A stretch of DNA of 57,755 bases, the filler included, from Diploschistes diacapsis (taxonomy: Eukaryota): the NCBI GenBank assembly GCA_023645945.1. It is 4 parts of 4 records of this genome, joined end to end, with 100 filler letters (N's around TTAATTAATTAA, not from the genome) between each part and the next. Parts side by side here need not be neighbours in the genome. Positions count along the whole stretch, not along the records: positions 14,510 to 28,905 come from JALAIB010000606.1; 3 more parts are not named here. One strand, written 5' to 3'. Below are positions 14,510 to 26,206 of this stretch, piece by piece. Within the stretch, counting starts at the first letter, position 1, and every line of letters starts with the position of its first letter. Under the pieces are notes generated by a model that did not search any database, was not told the DNA's origin, and saw nothing but the letters and a program-made list of their open reading frames with translations. The position numbers and the translations under genes were made by a program.

Positions 14510-14585
14510 CATTAAGTAGACTAGATGCATTAAGTAGACTAGATGCATTAAGTAGACTAGATGCATTAAGTAGACTAGATGCATT
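14510..14585. repeat. 18-bp tandem repeat (CATTAAGTAGACTAGATG) x4.2, truncated by the contig start
   Basis: Four perfect copies plus CATT, beginning at the first base of contig 2. Confidence 0.95.
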
Positions 14586-15667
14586 GTTACGAAGTCTCTT
14601 GCTCAAAGATGCTAATTATGCAATGAAAGGGAGTATCAATTTCACATATTGAATCCGCTACCGACTTTGTCACTGAAGTCAATGAGTTATCGCCCAAGAT
14701 GTGGCACTGCAAAAATATCTAATGCTGAAAGGTATGCGATAAGGTCTCCTCGAAATCCCGAGCCTTTACCAACTGAGTTCCCTTGTACACAAGCTCTCTC
14801 TTCAAAGCACAAATGAAGCAGTTTATCGGTTTTTGCGAGAAGTGTCGCGGTTTTGTTTTGAATTATTCGTCCAACCCTTTATGACCATGTCGCTCTGTGC
14901 TCTCTGGATTGACCCGCTCGATCTGTTTCAAAAGGCCTATACATGCGAAGGCGTATGGAGCTGACAACCTTCTCTCGGAGACTTGAAAATCAAATTGGTT
15001 GTGCTAATAAAATAATTAGTATCAACAGCAATACTACATTCCAGTTTGTCTAGGTACTTGCAGTTGGATTTCCGTCAGATCGAAAAGGGCTCGGCGGAAA
15101 GCCGAGACAGGATGCACGACTTTGAGGTGCTAACCGTATGTTACCCGTCCACTGCGACCGAACGATAGGCTGAATCGGTGGCCCCATCGTCGGAGGTAGA
15201 GAACGCGAGGAATTATTGTGTATGTATGCAGCTGTCAGCATTAACAGGTACTCAGTATCCGAAGAAAGTCCTCTGAGGCGAGGCACACTGCCGTACACTT
15301 ACCGTATGGTTCACTCGAATGTGAGGCATGGCTCTCGTGGCAAACTAGGATGAGCAATGTAGAAGCAGCAGGGCTTGGTTAGACTGGCTGTAATATATAG
15401 GATGGACAGTCGATTTGAGCAAATTCACAGTTCAAGAAGTATCACAATTCATATCTGGGTGGGACCTGTGGTTGCGCCTTCTTCAACCAAGACGTCACGT
15501 CACAAGCCAAAGAAAACTCCGGAGTACGTACGCCAAGGGGCCAAAGGGTACCCCTTTTGGTTGTCTTTCCGCATCTGGACCTATTACGTGCGTGCTTACA
15601 TAACACCAGACTATTCTACCTGAACTTTCAGTCCTTCGGTCGTAGCCCATCTTATGTAAATCAAAAG

Positions 15668-16442
15668 ATGGCCCCTATCCGCAGATATCTTCGTATCAGC
15701 GCCTACTCGGTTCTCGAGGTGCGCATATACTTGGACAATCCAGCAGATGCCTACCGATGGCTTCTGAGGTCTAAAGATCCAGTATTACCTCGCGTCATTG
15801 AGGCCGTCAGACCTTACGTATTGCCCAAGCTCAAAGAAGAAAATGAACGGGCCAAGAAGGGCGGGAAGCGTAAAGGATTCAAAGATGTTGTTCATGGAGG
15901 CAAGTCAATATAGCCTTGCCGTGATTGTCAGGCTCATAGGACAAGAGGACTTTGAAGTTTCCATTTTTCTCACCGAACTTAGCACGCCACATTCTATATT
16001 GACAAGACACAAGCATTTTGCTGAAAAGCAGACCCGATTAGTTGGCTCAAAGGAGGCTCCAATGGAAATTGCGGATGATGGAGAGCCTCCAATGCTTCGA
16101 GAGGAGAGTGATGAGGATGTAAAGGCTAACATGGAAGACATCCCATCAATAGATGAGCCTTCGGGTTACGGCACCGCGAACGATGCCATTCGCATCGAAG
16201 AAGATGGCTTAGATGCAGCGAATTCTGGTACCAGCCCTGATCTTAACTGTGATGAAAAGAAGAAGATGGGTTTGAACACTATCTATGACGGCTTCCAGAT
16301 ATACGGACGGATACTATGTCTAGTGGTCAAAAGAAAGGACGGCTCCAGAGGAAAGCAATCGGGTGGAGGAGGCGGCCAAGCAATGGTAGAAGAGTGGATT
16401 TCGAGCACCCAAGCGAACGAGAATAGGTGGCATGATAGCTGA
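15668..16442 (+). CDS. Conserved fungal protein, about 242 aa, tentatively Saw1-like; 2 exons with a GC-AG intron
   Basis: MAPIRRYLRISAYSVLEVRIYLDNP... (frame of ORF 15557) joins DFEVSIFLTEL...YDGFQIYGRILCLVVKRK (frame of ORF 15798). The join uses a GCAAGT donor at 15900 and an AG acceptor at 15945 (or 15939). The gene itself is well supported; the function is tentative. Confidence 0.75.
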
Positions 16443-17190
16443 TGGTTTTCCCAAGCCAGAATGTGCAGAGACCTGTATTATGCTTGTGTCCCTCTCCGCC
16501 TAATGTTCTCTCTCAGAAGATGGAGTGAGCCTTCTCTATAGCCACTACTGTTCTTGGGGTCCGGAACGGAGCCTAGCCAATCGAACTTTGCTACTTTTCA
16601 AAAGGCCGAACCTTGCTTTCAGCACGAAGCGTGGGATCTAGGCCTGACCGTCATAGTTACATATTCACAGATTCATTTAACATGTATGTCTCTCATTACA
16701 TCGTCGGACAACGGAGCAAAAATCGGGCTGCACTGCATGCAAATGAGGGATCGGAGCTTGGTCAGTCGGAACAATGTATTCTTCATACCAAGCCATAATA
16801 CGAGACAACACGGTACTTTCCAGAAACGGCAATCAACTCAATAGGGTGTTTTTTTGGCATCTTAACATATTAACGGAGCGGCTCCTGCTCCCGATCCAAG
16901 GACGCCTCTTGGGCGTGGATGTACTTAATGACACTCTGCCTACCATCTAACTTCTTGCACTTTGTTATTCAGCAATACAAATGAGACAGGACTCAGAGAC
17001 AGCCTGAGCCATTTGTGCTTCTAGACGCTGCAGAGTAAAGCGGCACAATATGCGGCGCTTTCGAGATCGCAGGCATTGGCCAGATGAAGCGAAGTATCCT
17101 TTAACCGATCGAGTTTCAGGGAGGTTTTAAAGAACTTGGCTTGGCCACCACGTGGCAGCCACGTGATCAACGCAACGTTACAGTTCATCC

Positions 17191-17214
17191 GAGGAGGAGG
17201 AGGAGGAGGAGGAG
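17191..17214. repeat. (GAG)8 trinucleotide repeat
   Basis: Direct reading. Confidence 0.9.
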
Positions 17215-17603
17215 CGATGGCTTTGGTTACATTGCAGCTGAATTTCTGAACCGCGACCACCACCTAGTGTTACCTGATCTCACAGAGCGCTCATCCTCGG
17301 ACGATTTGAGCATCTTGCAGGGGGACTGTAGGAGTTGAAGCCCCAGGCATGTACTGCCACCGCCTGTATTTTCTCGGCCTTCCCGAATTGTTCAATGGTT
17401 CGAGAAATGTGGTTTGGAGTTTACAACACACAACCCCTGTCGTCGTCCAACTATTAGCTCGCTGCACTTCCAGGATTAATGACTGAACAGAGTTGGGCGA
17501 GCTAACAGTTGGATGACGATAAAGGATGGGGATACAATCTTTAGTTAAGTTGGGGCACAGAAGTAACACGGCTGTACAAACGTATTGCGATCAGTGGTGG
17601 TGG

Positions 17604-17630
17604 TGTGGCTTAGTGTGGCTTAGTGTGGCT
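17604..17630. repeat. 10-bp tandem repeat TGTGGCTTAG x2.7
   Basis: tgtggcttag tgtggcttag tgtggct. Confidence 0.85.
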
Positions 17631-19689
17631 GACTAACTCAGAGGGGAAACTTATGCCCCTTGTCTGGCCCTTTTAATTATGCTGATTATGCGGATCATCA
17701 TGCGGATAATAGGGGCAAAGAACAGCTTGTTCTGACCTGGAACCAAGTCATGGGGTTTCGCCAATTTCAGCATGTATGAAAATGATGTTGGGAAATTAAA
17801 GTTTCCATCCAACCTGCAAATTGCGCGTCTCTATACGGATCACGGCATGGCTTGTATAAAAAGACTGAGAGGTGGGTGGGCGCAAACCCGCGTTGCAAAA
17901 GAAAACGTGCAAGTTATGTAAGGCATGATGATGCTGATCTATTATTATTCATCATAACTTTCGTCCGGACCCGGAAGATGGTCCAAAAAGGTTTCGATAA
18001 CGGGGATGACGGAGTCATGCCCGGGCTCTGCTTGAAGCCGGACAAAATCCCAGCAGCACATTGGAAGAGCAAGTCAGTCTTTCCGTCCGTACCGTCCGTA
18101 GCAAGCAAGGATAGCGTGGGGAGAAGAACACAAGCGGCTGCAGAACCATATTTTGCATCTACATCATCATTACAATTCACGTTGTGCCGAGCAGGTTTGC
18201 TAGCTATCAAAAGAAAAAAAAATGTTCAGGGGCACCTTCAGCATCAAGCCGTGGAGAGGTTGGAGCTACCTAAATTTAAGCAGTCATGTGCGCAATCCTT
18301 GGGTCGATGATTCTCCAATCCACACCGTGAATTGGGCAATTTCCCATGATTGTGTCATGGGCCATGGGTTAGCCTGTCTTGAAGCTGATTGGGGGGGGGG
18401 GTTGGGTGAGATGGTGAAGAGAGAAAAAGGTACCTTAGGTCCCTGATTGGCTAGGGCTCCCAAGCTCCCACACTGACAACTGCTCAGCCAGAGTCAGGTT
18501 TGCCGGTGACGTCCGAAATATAAATGTAGTTGGAGTTAGGTAGCTGAAGTAAATCGGAGAGAAAAAAGTAAAAAAGTAATAATAGTAGTTAGTCGAAGTG
18601 GATTGCGTAGCTCACCTAAAATTATCTGTCATGTTCCTTCCCCCAGTGGGGCCCAATGACTCATCTGGAACAACAACGCGTAAATTTCAGTAGGTCACAG
18701 GTACAAAGTACTTGCGGACCGTATACATATATACATACGTATAGTATACATACCTCCGGAGTCTACCTCCGTCATATCATATCAACCTTCACAAACGGTT
18801 GTTGTTCTACCCTCTTGGCAGGAACAGCCCGGAGAGCGACCCGTGTTGGGGGTTGTCATGCTTTGAATTTAATTTTGGATTTATCGTACTTTGTAGGTAT
18901 GCGTACCCCCGACCCCCGGCCAGGAATGAAAGAACACTGAGAACCAATTACCCCAAAATTGTAAAAATGGCGATATGTACAGCCTCGTTTGTTTGTCGTA
19001 CTCCTCGGTATAGTACGAGTACGACGATAGGCCGCAGGCCAAGGCAGCTTGGCCCCGACTTCTTTCTTGTCAGCTTGGGTGTGAGCTGCCTGCCAAGCAG
19101 CCAAAGGTTGCCGAGAGTCGACAAGGTTATTTTAACCTTCAGCTTTCGTTACGGGTTCAAGAGCACCAAAGGGAAAGGGCCGCAACCCAGCTCCCAGAAC
19201 TTCTTTTTCGTCTTGCTCGTAAAAAGACGATCGTAAAACGTACAACGTACAACCAACGCTAACCTAGAGATTGATCATGGGTGTATCGGATAATGATTGC
19301 AGTGGGAACGATCGACCGACCGCGTTAGGGGTTGATTTTTCAATGTGGGACTGTTGCTTGCCATGCCCCATCGTGATGGATGGACATTATTTCCCTGTCC
19401 CTGTGTAACCATATCGGTGGAGTCGGCCGTAAAAGTAATAAAAGTACGGTCTGTTTCGAAATAAGGACAACACCCAAAAAAAGGAACGGGCAAGCGGGTC
19501 ACGCTTAAAGAGAGGGAGGTCTCAAGTTCTCATCATCATATTTTATTTTTTTCTCGGCTACAACATCAACATCGTTGGTCTCATTTTCCGTTCAGCCCAC
19601 ACACAAAAAAAATTTATATTCATGTTGATTTCCCACCTCTTTTCATTCTTCACTCTCAGACCTCTACGCATATCACTTTCCATACGCTA

Positions 19690-20290
19690 CCTCTTGAGAC
19701 TTCCACTCAACCGTCTTCAAAGCGTCCAATTCTTCCCCTACCCGCTTTTTGATCACATAGATTTACGCAAAATCCACAAACAATGCCTTCTCGAAACTCC
19801 AACTCTTTTCCTCCTTGCCCGGGCCCACCACCTGACCGACCTCTTCCTCCTCTTCCAAAGTAATCTGGAACTCGGCATAAACTCATCGACATCACTGTAC
19901 CCAACAAACTCTGAAACGTCAAGAATGTTACACCTGTCGATCTTCTTTCGTTGAGCCCTGATATCATCGTCAAGGGATCCGCCTATCCTCCGCAATACTG
20001 GGTCCAACCCTGTAACAGTCCATCGCCAGACAGTCAACATTCCGAAGCCGAAAACACCATTTCAGTATCGAACGCCATCGACATTGCTCTCGCCCATAAC
20101 AACCCAGCTATTTGGCTCAACTCTCAGTACGGGTATGGGACTTGGCCTTCGTCTCGACCACCCTCCAAGACACGCCTGGACCTTCCCATCCGGTGCATCA
20201 ATTCAGAGCACATCCCCGCCTTTGAGTCTCGTGAATGCAGCATTTATACGCTCTATCTGCAACAACATCTTCGACCTGATCCCCGGTCAT
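19690..20290 (-). pseudogene. Possible degraded coding relic
   Basis: One minus frame reads as protein-like for about 180 codons with two internal TGA codons, and a second frame continues EFQITLEEEEEVGQ..KALFVDFA. No recognisable family. Confidence 0.25.
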
Positions 20291-22272
20291 TTTTAAACCT
20301 GTACAACAGTTTACTATTAATGTTTTCCCGTGTCTCATTCTGGCTACGGCTTTTGAGCTGAGCCGGTTTTGTTTTGCGTCAGTTTCTGCGATTTGATTTG
20401 CGAAGAGATACCCTGTATAATGTATGATGTGAGGCTGCTGGATGTGTTGCGAGGTTTTGGTCCGGCTGTCTGCCGGCTCGGACAAATGCCAGCCTATTTG
20501 GCGGGACTATGAAGAGGGAGGTCACCCTGCATGTATGATTGAGCAGAATGCGCTTTTCGCGCATCTGTTTGATAATCACATTTACGGAGCGATATATAAC
20601 GGGTGGTGTGGTGGGGCGGAACTGGCTTCTCACAGTCTTGCGTTCGCATAGTGACAATGTCTATGAACATTCATAAAGTAAGGACAGTAAACCAATTCTA
20701 GCGCAAACCGACTCGGGGGCTCGAAAACTCTGTGGTGTTCCTCCTATGCGACTGTTCTTATTAACGATTTCGTAAATTAAGAAGAGGATCCCTTGTCTGG
20801 CAATCGGATTGGTATCGATTGAGCACCCGAGAAGCAAAAAGCAAATAAACCAACCAAACATAGCTTTTTTACTCACTTACGGACCCCACCGGGCCAGTGC
20901 TCCCACGTGGCATATGCTGCTACCAACAACACCACGCAACGCTCCCGCCCCACGCCAAACGGAAAAACCGGCTACAAAGGTCAGCCAGCGTGGCGGCCCA
21001 CAAATTGAAAGATGCCAATGTGAACAAGCGAGGAAGTGCCGATACCAGCCCTTCAGGTTGGATGTCCCTCGTCCTTGGCCCCTGGGCTCCTGTGTCCATA
21101 CTCCGGTGATTTGCCGAGAAAAATGTCTCTGGGGTGCGGGCTTGGCTTTGGCCTGAACGTGCATCACTCGAAACAAAGCGCCCCAAGCTTGCAGCACCCC
21201 AATCTTTTGCGTTATTGGAGCACACCGGACGTTGCGATGCAGCACGTAATTTGAGTTGAGTTTGGTTGGGGAGGGCTGAAAACTGAATGGGTCCGTGCCT
21301 CGAAACCGGACTCGCTACAGCAGTACTCGACAACCCTGGCATACCAGCTTCAGGAGCCCAAGGGCGGAGAGTCGGAAGACCAGATTGCTTCTGCATATGT
21401 TCAAGTGTTGTAAAGAGCGCCCAGCCCGAAAGAAATCGTGCTAAATCCTTCGGCGTGGAGTAAGCCTTGGCTTTCCAGCGAGCCGGTAAAGTCAAAGAGC
21501 CAGCGTCGTAACCACTGCAGTCTCTTATTACAGATATAAAATAGTCGCAAGGGGTGGGGTTTCTCAATTCGACCTCCTAATAATGCAACACGAGACCTGC
21601 AGCTTGGTGTATCCTGCATATTAAAGCTGCAGCGTCCACACGTGGTGGCAAACCGTCGTTACATCATACAGACTTCTCCTTGGTGGTTTTTATCCTTGCG
21701 GGGATGATCTCACCATCGAATAGTCCTTCATCGCCTTCAGCTCCCAACGTCCTGCTTGTGGGCTTCCGTTTCGGACCTCTGCAGGACCATCGTACTAGGA
21801 ACCGCTAGGCAAAAGAAAACTCGGATCTCAGTAATCGTGAATAGGTGTGTCGTGATTATCGTACATATTAGTAGCATTCGCCGTGAAGTAAAAGGATAGT
21901 GATATGATAAATAAATGGTTTACCGTTTGATTGAACTAAACACTAGAACAGACTGTCCGCATTGTGACGAGTGGCGAGCTGACCATGGTAGCATTTCACA
22001 AGGAAAACCCACGATGACTGGTCGCTCGCCAGCCGGCTTTAAAAAGAAAACAGCGACTTTGAGTAGGTACATGATTAGCGTTAGGGGTTTGAGTTGACGC
22101 GCAATGTGCCAAGTACAGAGGTACGATCCAGGAACAAGGTTACATGTGGTCCTCGTGGACAAGTTGCAACACCACTATGTTGTTAACCTTGAGAGTAAGG
22201 AACTTAATCTTCAGGAGGCAGGTAACACAATATAGTCAATGGGATTGGTTGGTCGCCTCTGTACAGTATAAC

Positions 22273-22448
22273 GACAGATCCGGACCTGAATTGGATCTGG
22301 GATCCAAGCTACGCCGCTTTTGGCCCTTAAAGTGGTTTGTGCCCCAGGCATATCACCAGTTGGGGCCCATTCTTTGACCACCCGTGGGCCCCCCGGAATG
22401 CAAACTCACCAAACTGGATCTGGGATCCACTTCAGATCCGGATCTGTC
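22273..22448. mobile_element. MITE-like 176-bp element or hairpin with 34-bp imperfect terminal inverted repeats
   Basis: The left arm GACAGATCCGGACCTGAATTGGATCTGGGATCCA matches the reverse complement of the right arm at 29/34 positions. No clear target-site duplication. Confidence 0.5.
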
Positions 22449-22824
22449 ATGGCAACTGCCCCTGTGGGCTGTAGGCTGTAGAACTGTGGGCTCAGGTCAT
22501 CAGCTGATCATGCTCTGCTCAGTGAGACCAACGGGTGGAGGCTTTGAGGCTTTTTCGGGGCCCCCTCCCACATCTTACAGTAAGGCTACATTTTAAAGTG
22601 GTGGTCAGATACATCCATAAATGTCTCCCTATTCCCCTTCACCCAGATGAATAGGGCAGCTCTTGAAGCAAACTTGGCCACCTTTCTATTGCGGTACGAT
22701 GATCTGCCATATTTGCCATCACCCGGATATTTCCGTTGTGTTTTGCTTGACGGCTCGCATGGGACGTCTTGTAGATAGATCCAATTTGTCCAGGAACGGT
22801 CCATGGCTCCAGATAGGTACAGCT

Positions 22825-24294
22825 CTATTCCGACTCCTCTTCCCCTTGCCTGTTTAGAAGATCTACTATTGTTGCCATACTTGAGTCGAGCTTCTGCTCG
22901 AACGTCGACAACCTCTCATGGAATTCGCTTTTGATACTAGCAAGCTCTCCTGCCAGATTGTCGACCTTTTCCTTGTTGTAAGCTTCTCGTCGATGCAAAG
23001 CCAGTTCAGCGCGCTGGAGCTCCATCTGCCCTTCCGATCTCTGTTTCTCGCGGTCTGCTTTTCTCTCTTTGAAGGCAAGAAGTTGCTCTTGCACTGCCAC
23101 AAAATCGTTCATGGCATCGGCTAGCGTGTCTCTGTTGCCGTAGCTGGATTCACCTTGCACCCTCAAGTCTCGCGGTGCGCCCGACATCGAGTTGCTTAAC
23201 TTGTGCGCCACGAGATGATCCTCGCTAGCATTCCCAGTGTCCGTTGACGAGGCACCCTCATCCCTCCTCTCCTCGCCCTGCACGCGTCCCTCATACTCCC
23301 CCGCCTCTGCCTCTCCTTCGCTTCGCCCTCTTACAAGCCCCTTGTCCAACAACTCCTGCATGTCCCTATCACCCAACAGCTCCGCCCGAAACCGAGTTTC
23401 CACCTCCGCCCACGCCTTCCTCGCCTCGCTCCACTTCGTCGTCTCCTCTTCGTCCTCTCCCTCCGCACCTTCCTTCAGCCGATTAAGATACTTATTCGTC
23501 TCTGTCTGCACATGTCGCTGCACCGTCGAAGCGGTGGCCACCTTGCCCGACAGCGCGGAAAAGTCCGCGGTTACGGTGCGATAGAAGGCGCCCGTGCCTT
23601 TGCCCTTGCCCCGGCCGAAGTAGATGGCCTTGTGTTTCAGGCAGAGCCTGAAGAGCTCGGTCTCGTCGTCGTGCGTGACGAGGATGTAGTCAGCGCGCTT
23701 CCTCGCGGATGCGGACGGGGTGCTACCCTGTCGGCCGGCTTCGTCCGAAGGTTGGGCTGCGGTCGCGCCAGATAGGGCCGAGGGCTCGGGCAGTGCTCCT
23801 GGTGCTCCGAGCATTTGCGGCGGGCGGGTCTTGGGCGCATCCTGGGCATTCTGGCCGCTCGTACCTGCCGCAGCGGTTGCGGCCCGAGGACCAGGATCCG
23901 GCCGTGAGGCAGGCGTGGAGGGCGCAGCGGGCGCCGGAGCCCCCGACGTCGGAGGAGCACTCGTTCGGGGGCCTGGCCCTGGCGGATACAGCGAGTATCC
24001 CTGTGGAGGATAGGGCACGGGAGGCCAGTACGGATGCGCGCCGCTCAGGTTGGGCGGGTAGAAGGGGCTGCGCGAGTGCTCCGGGTGCGGTGGGAGCGGC
24101 GGGTGTGCGAGCGCTGGGCCGGTTGGTGGCTTCGCAGACGTCAACGGTGGTGCCGGCACCGTCGCCGGCGGGATGGGCTTTTCGACGCGAAAGGTGGGGC
24201 CCGCATAAAATTTTCGCCGCTTTTTGGGGGGTTCGGTGTCGGGGCTGGGAGGCGTGGCCATAGCTGATGGAGTGTTGAATGATGGTAGGGGCAT
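22825..24294 (-). CDS. Myb/SANT-like (trihelix-type) putative DNA-binding protein with Pro-rich N-terminus and coiled-coil C-terminus
   Basis: Intronless ORF with first plausible ATG at 24294. It has an NLS-like PPKKRRK, a helical block THDDETELFRLCLKHK..FYRTVTADFSALSG..STVQRHVQ, and a heptad-rich C-terminus. Confidence 0.7.
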   Translation of the reverse strand: MPLPSFNTPSAMATPPSPDTEPPKKRRKFYAGPTFRVEKPIPPATVPAPPLTSAKPPTGPALAHPPLPPHPEHSRSPFYPPNLSGAHPYWPPVPYPPQGYSLYPPGPGPRTSAPPTSGAPAPAAPSTPASRPDPGPRAATAAAGTSGQNAQDAPKTRPPQMLGAPGALPEPSALSGATAAQPSDEAGRQGSTPSASARKRADYILVTHDDETELFRLCLKHKAIYFGRGKGKGTGAFYRTVTADFSALSGKVATASTVQRHVQTETNKYLNRLKEGAEGEDEEETTKWSEARKAWAEVETRFRAELLGDRDMQELLDKGLVRGRSEGEAEAGEYEGRVQGEERRDEGASSTDTGNASEDHLVAHKLSNSMSGAPRDLRVQGESSYGNRDTLADAMNDFVAVQEQLLAFKERKADREKQRSEGQMELQRAELALHRREAYNKEKVDNLAGELASIKSEFHERLSTFEQKLDSSMATIVDLLNRQGEEESE

Positions 24295-24584
24295 TTCCGA
24301 AATAGGATATCTAAAAAGGTTACAGTGGGTAGGAGGGGGGGGAGTTGATGGAATATTTTGCGTGCCGGTGGGATTGTAAACATGATGCAAAATTTGCAAG
24401 TGCATTGCGGTCACGATGCGTTGGCTGCTAGATCGTCTACGCTAAGCTTCTTTGAGAAGGCGAGGCGATTGGAACGTTGCTCAAGTGAGTAAGCGGCTAA
24501 AATAAGACCTTCCGGTTTGGGGTTTTGGGGAATAGTTCTCTTTCTTCGTAAGGGATTTTCCACAGCACCAGCTTCATCCTACAG

Positions 24585-24586
<2 letters not shown>

Positions 24587-24622
<36 letters not shown>
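24587..24622. repeat. (AG)18 microsatellite in a divergent promoter region
   Basis: Perfect run in the about 400-bp gap between two divergently oriented genes. Confidence 0.97.
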
Positions 24623-24624
<2 letters not shown>

Positions 24625-24695
24625 GTATCTTGCCGTTGAAATCGCTCCGGATCGGGTCGATAATACTATCTGATTATCGTGGAATCCTATGAGCT

Positions 24696-25990
24696 ATGCT
24701 GTCTCTTCATGTTCTTCCCCCGGCGTTCGAATTGCCTTCGATTGATGCCGAGTGTTTGGCTGCTATAGCCTATTTGAGATTTACACTTCCGGACGGTGCT
24801 TGGGTTTTGGTGGCTGAGGCTGCTGGGCATGGAAGAAGTGAGTTCTTCTTCTTCTTTGCTAATATTGTTCTTTCGATCTCCCTGCGATTCTTCCGCGGTT
24901 TTATCGGCATCACAGGTGTATTGCCCTAACTGATTTACCTTCCGTAGCTTTACCTTTCCTTGTTAACGGCGAGGATGTGACCGAGGGCCTTGACTCCATT
25001 GTCGAACACCTAAAGAAAGTGTGCAATGGCCAGTGGGACCTTGAAAAGAGGTTATCGAGGCTTCAAAAAGCTGACAGCTTTGCGTAAGTGCAAACTTTGT
25101 GTACAAAGCACCCAATGGCACGCCAGTGAAATGACTGATCCAAGGAACTAGTTTCCTCAGGACGGGATCGTCTGTTGTCTGCTAACGTGCTCAACTTCAG
25201 GCTCTCCTCACACATGGTACAAACTCTCACTCCGCTTGTTGACCTATCGCTTTACGGCTCTTCCGAGAATTATCATAGCGCAACCAGACCAGCCTTTTCA
25301 ACAAGCCTCAGCTTCCCGGAGTCTTGGATCACGCCTCCATCGCGGCATTCCCTTGCACAAGAAAGAATCCAACGGCTAGGTCTTGAAGCATCTGACCTCG
25401 ATTCGCCATCAGTAGACAAACCTCGGAAATCAGAATCTGGTCCTTTGCAAGCTTTCAGGGAACCCAAAGCAGCCCATGCTGGCCATGCTGATCAGTCCCA
25501 TCCAACATTGATACGTCAATTCGCAGCAAGGCAACGACTCTCGGCGCAGGTCGAAAGGGCTTTGGATCCCGCAATGTCCTTGCTCAAATCCCAGTCTGGG
25601 CCCTATCTCTTTGGAGGGCGCCCTAGTCTAGCAGACTGCTATCTTCTCGCATTATCCGCCTTGGCTCTCAATCTCGATCTACCTGCTCCTTTCCTAGCCT
25701 CTGAGATCAAGCGTAGTTACAACAGGCTCGAATCTTATGTGGCCGAGGGAATTAAGAACGCTTTTGGACGTGCAGTGTCTCCGGTAGATGCGCTTGCCAA
25801 AGCACCGATGGTCTCGGATGAGGAAGACCACGAGGCTGCTGTTGGTGATGGGTACGAAAAAATGGACGTCGGCTCTGGGAAAACTGAGTTGCCCTGGAGA
25901 AGGCTCAAGATAAAATCTATGACAGAAATGGTTGGAAGTTATGCGGGGAGAGCATTTGCTGCGGCCAAGTCAACATTGGTCGAGGCCTGA
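24696..25990 (+). CDS. sam37: Sam37/metaxin-1 family mitochondrial SAM complex subunit; 3 exons
   Basis: N-terminal LSLHVLPPAFELPSIDAECLAAIAYL, then LPFL, QKADSFA and the GST-C-like PYLFGGRPSLADC. Exons 24696-24837, 24948-25083 and 25201-25990 are phase-consistent. Confidence 0.85.
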
Positions 25991-26206
25991 GGCGAGCAGT
26001 AGCAGTGAAATATCAATTTTTAGCCCATGGTCACCAGGAACTCTCGATTCAAAACTATTGCTCTTACGAGCTGAATAACGTGCGTCTTCAAAATATATTT
26101 CTGAGGACCTTGACGCCAAGGATCAGAGGCCCTTGGCTTGAGCCTACAGAATGCTCTTCAAGGATTTCGTTTTCGAAAGCTTTGCTGAAGCATACAAGAT
26201 CCTTGA

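Noticed and set aside
14510..14585. CRISPR array or telomere
   Set aside because: No spacers between units, a eukaryotic context and no G-rich telomeric strand.
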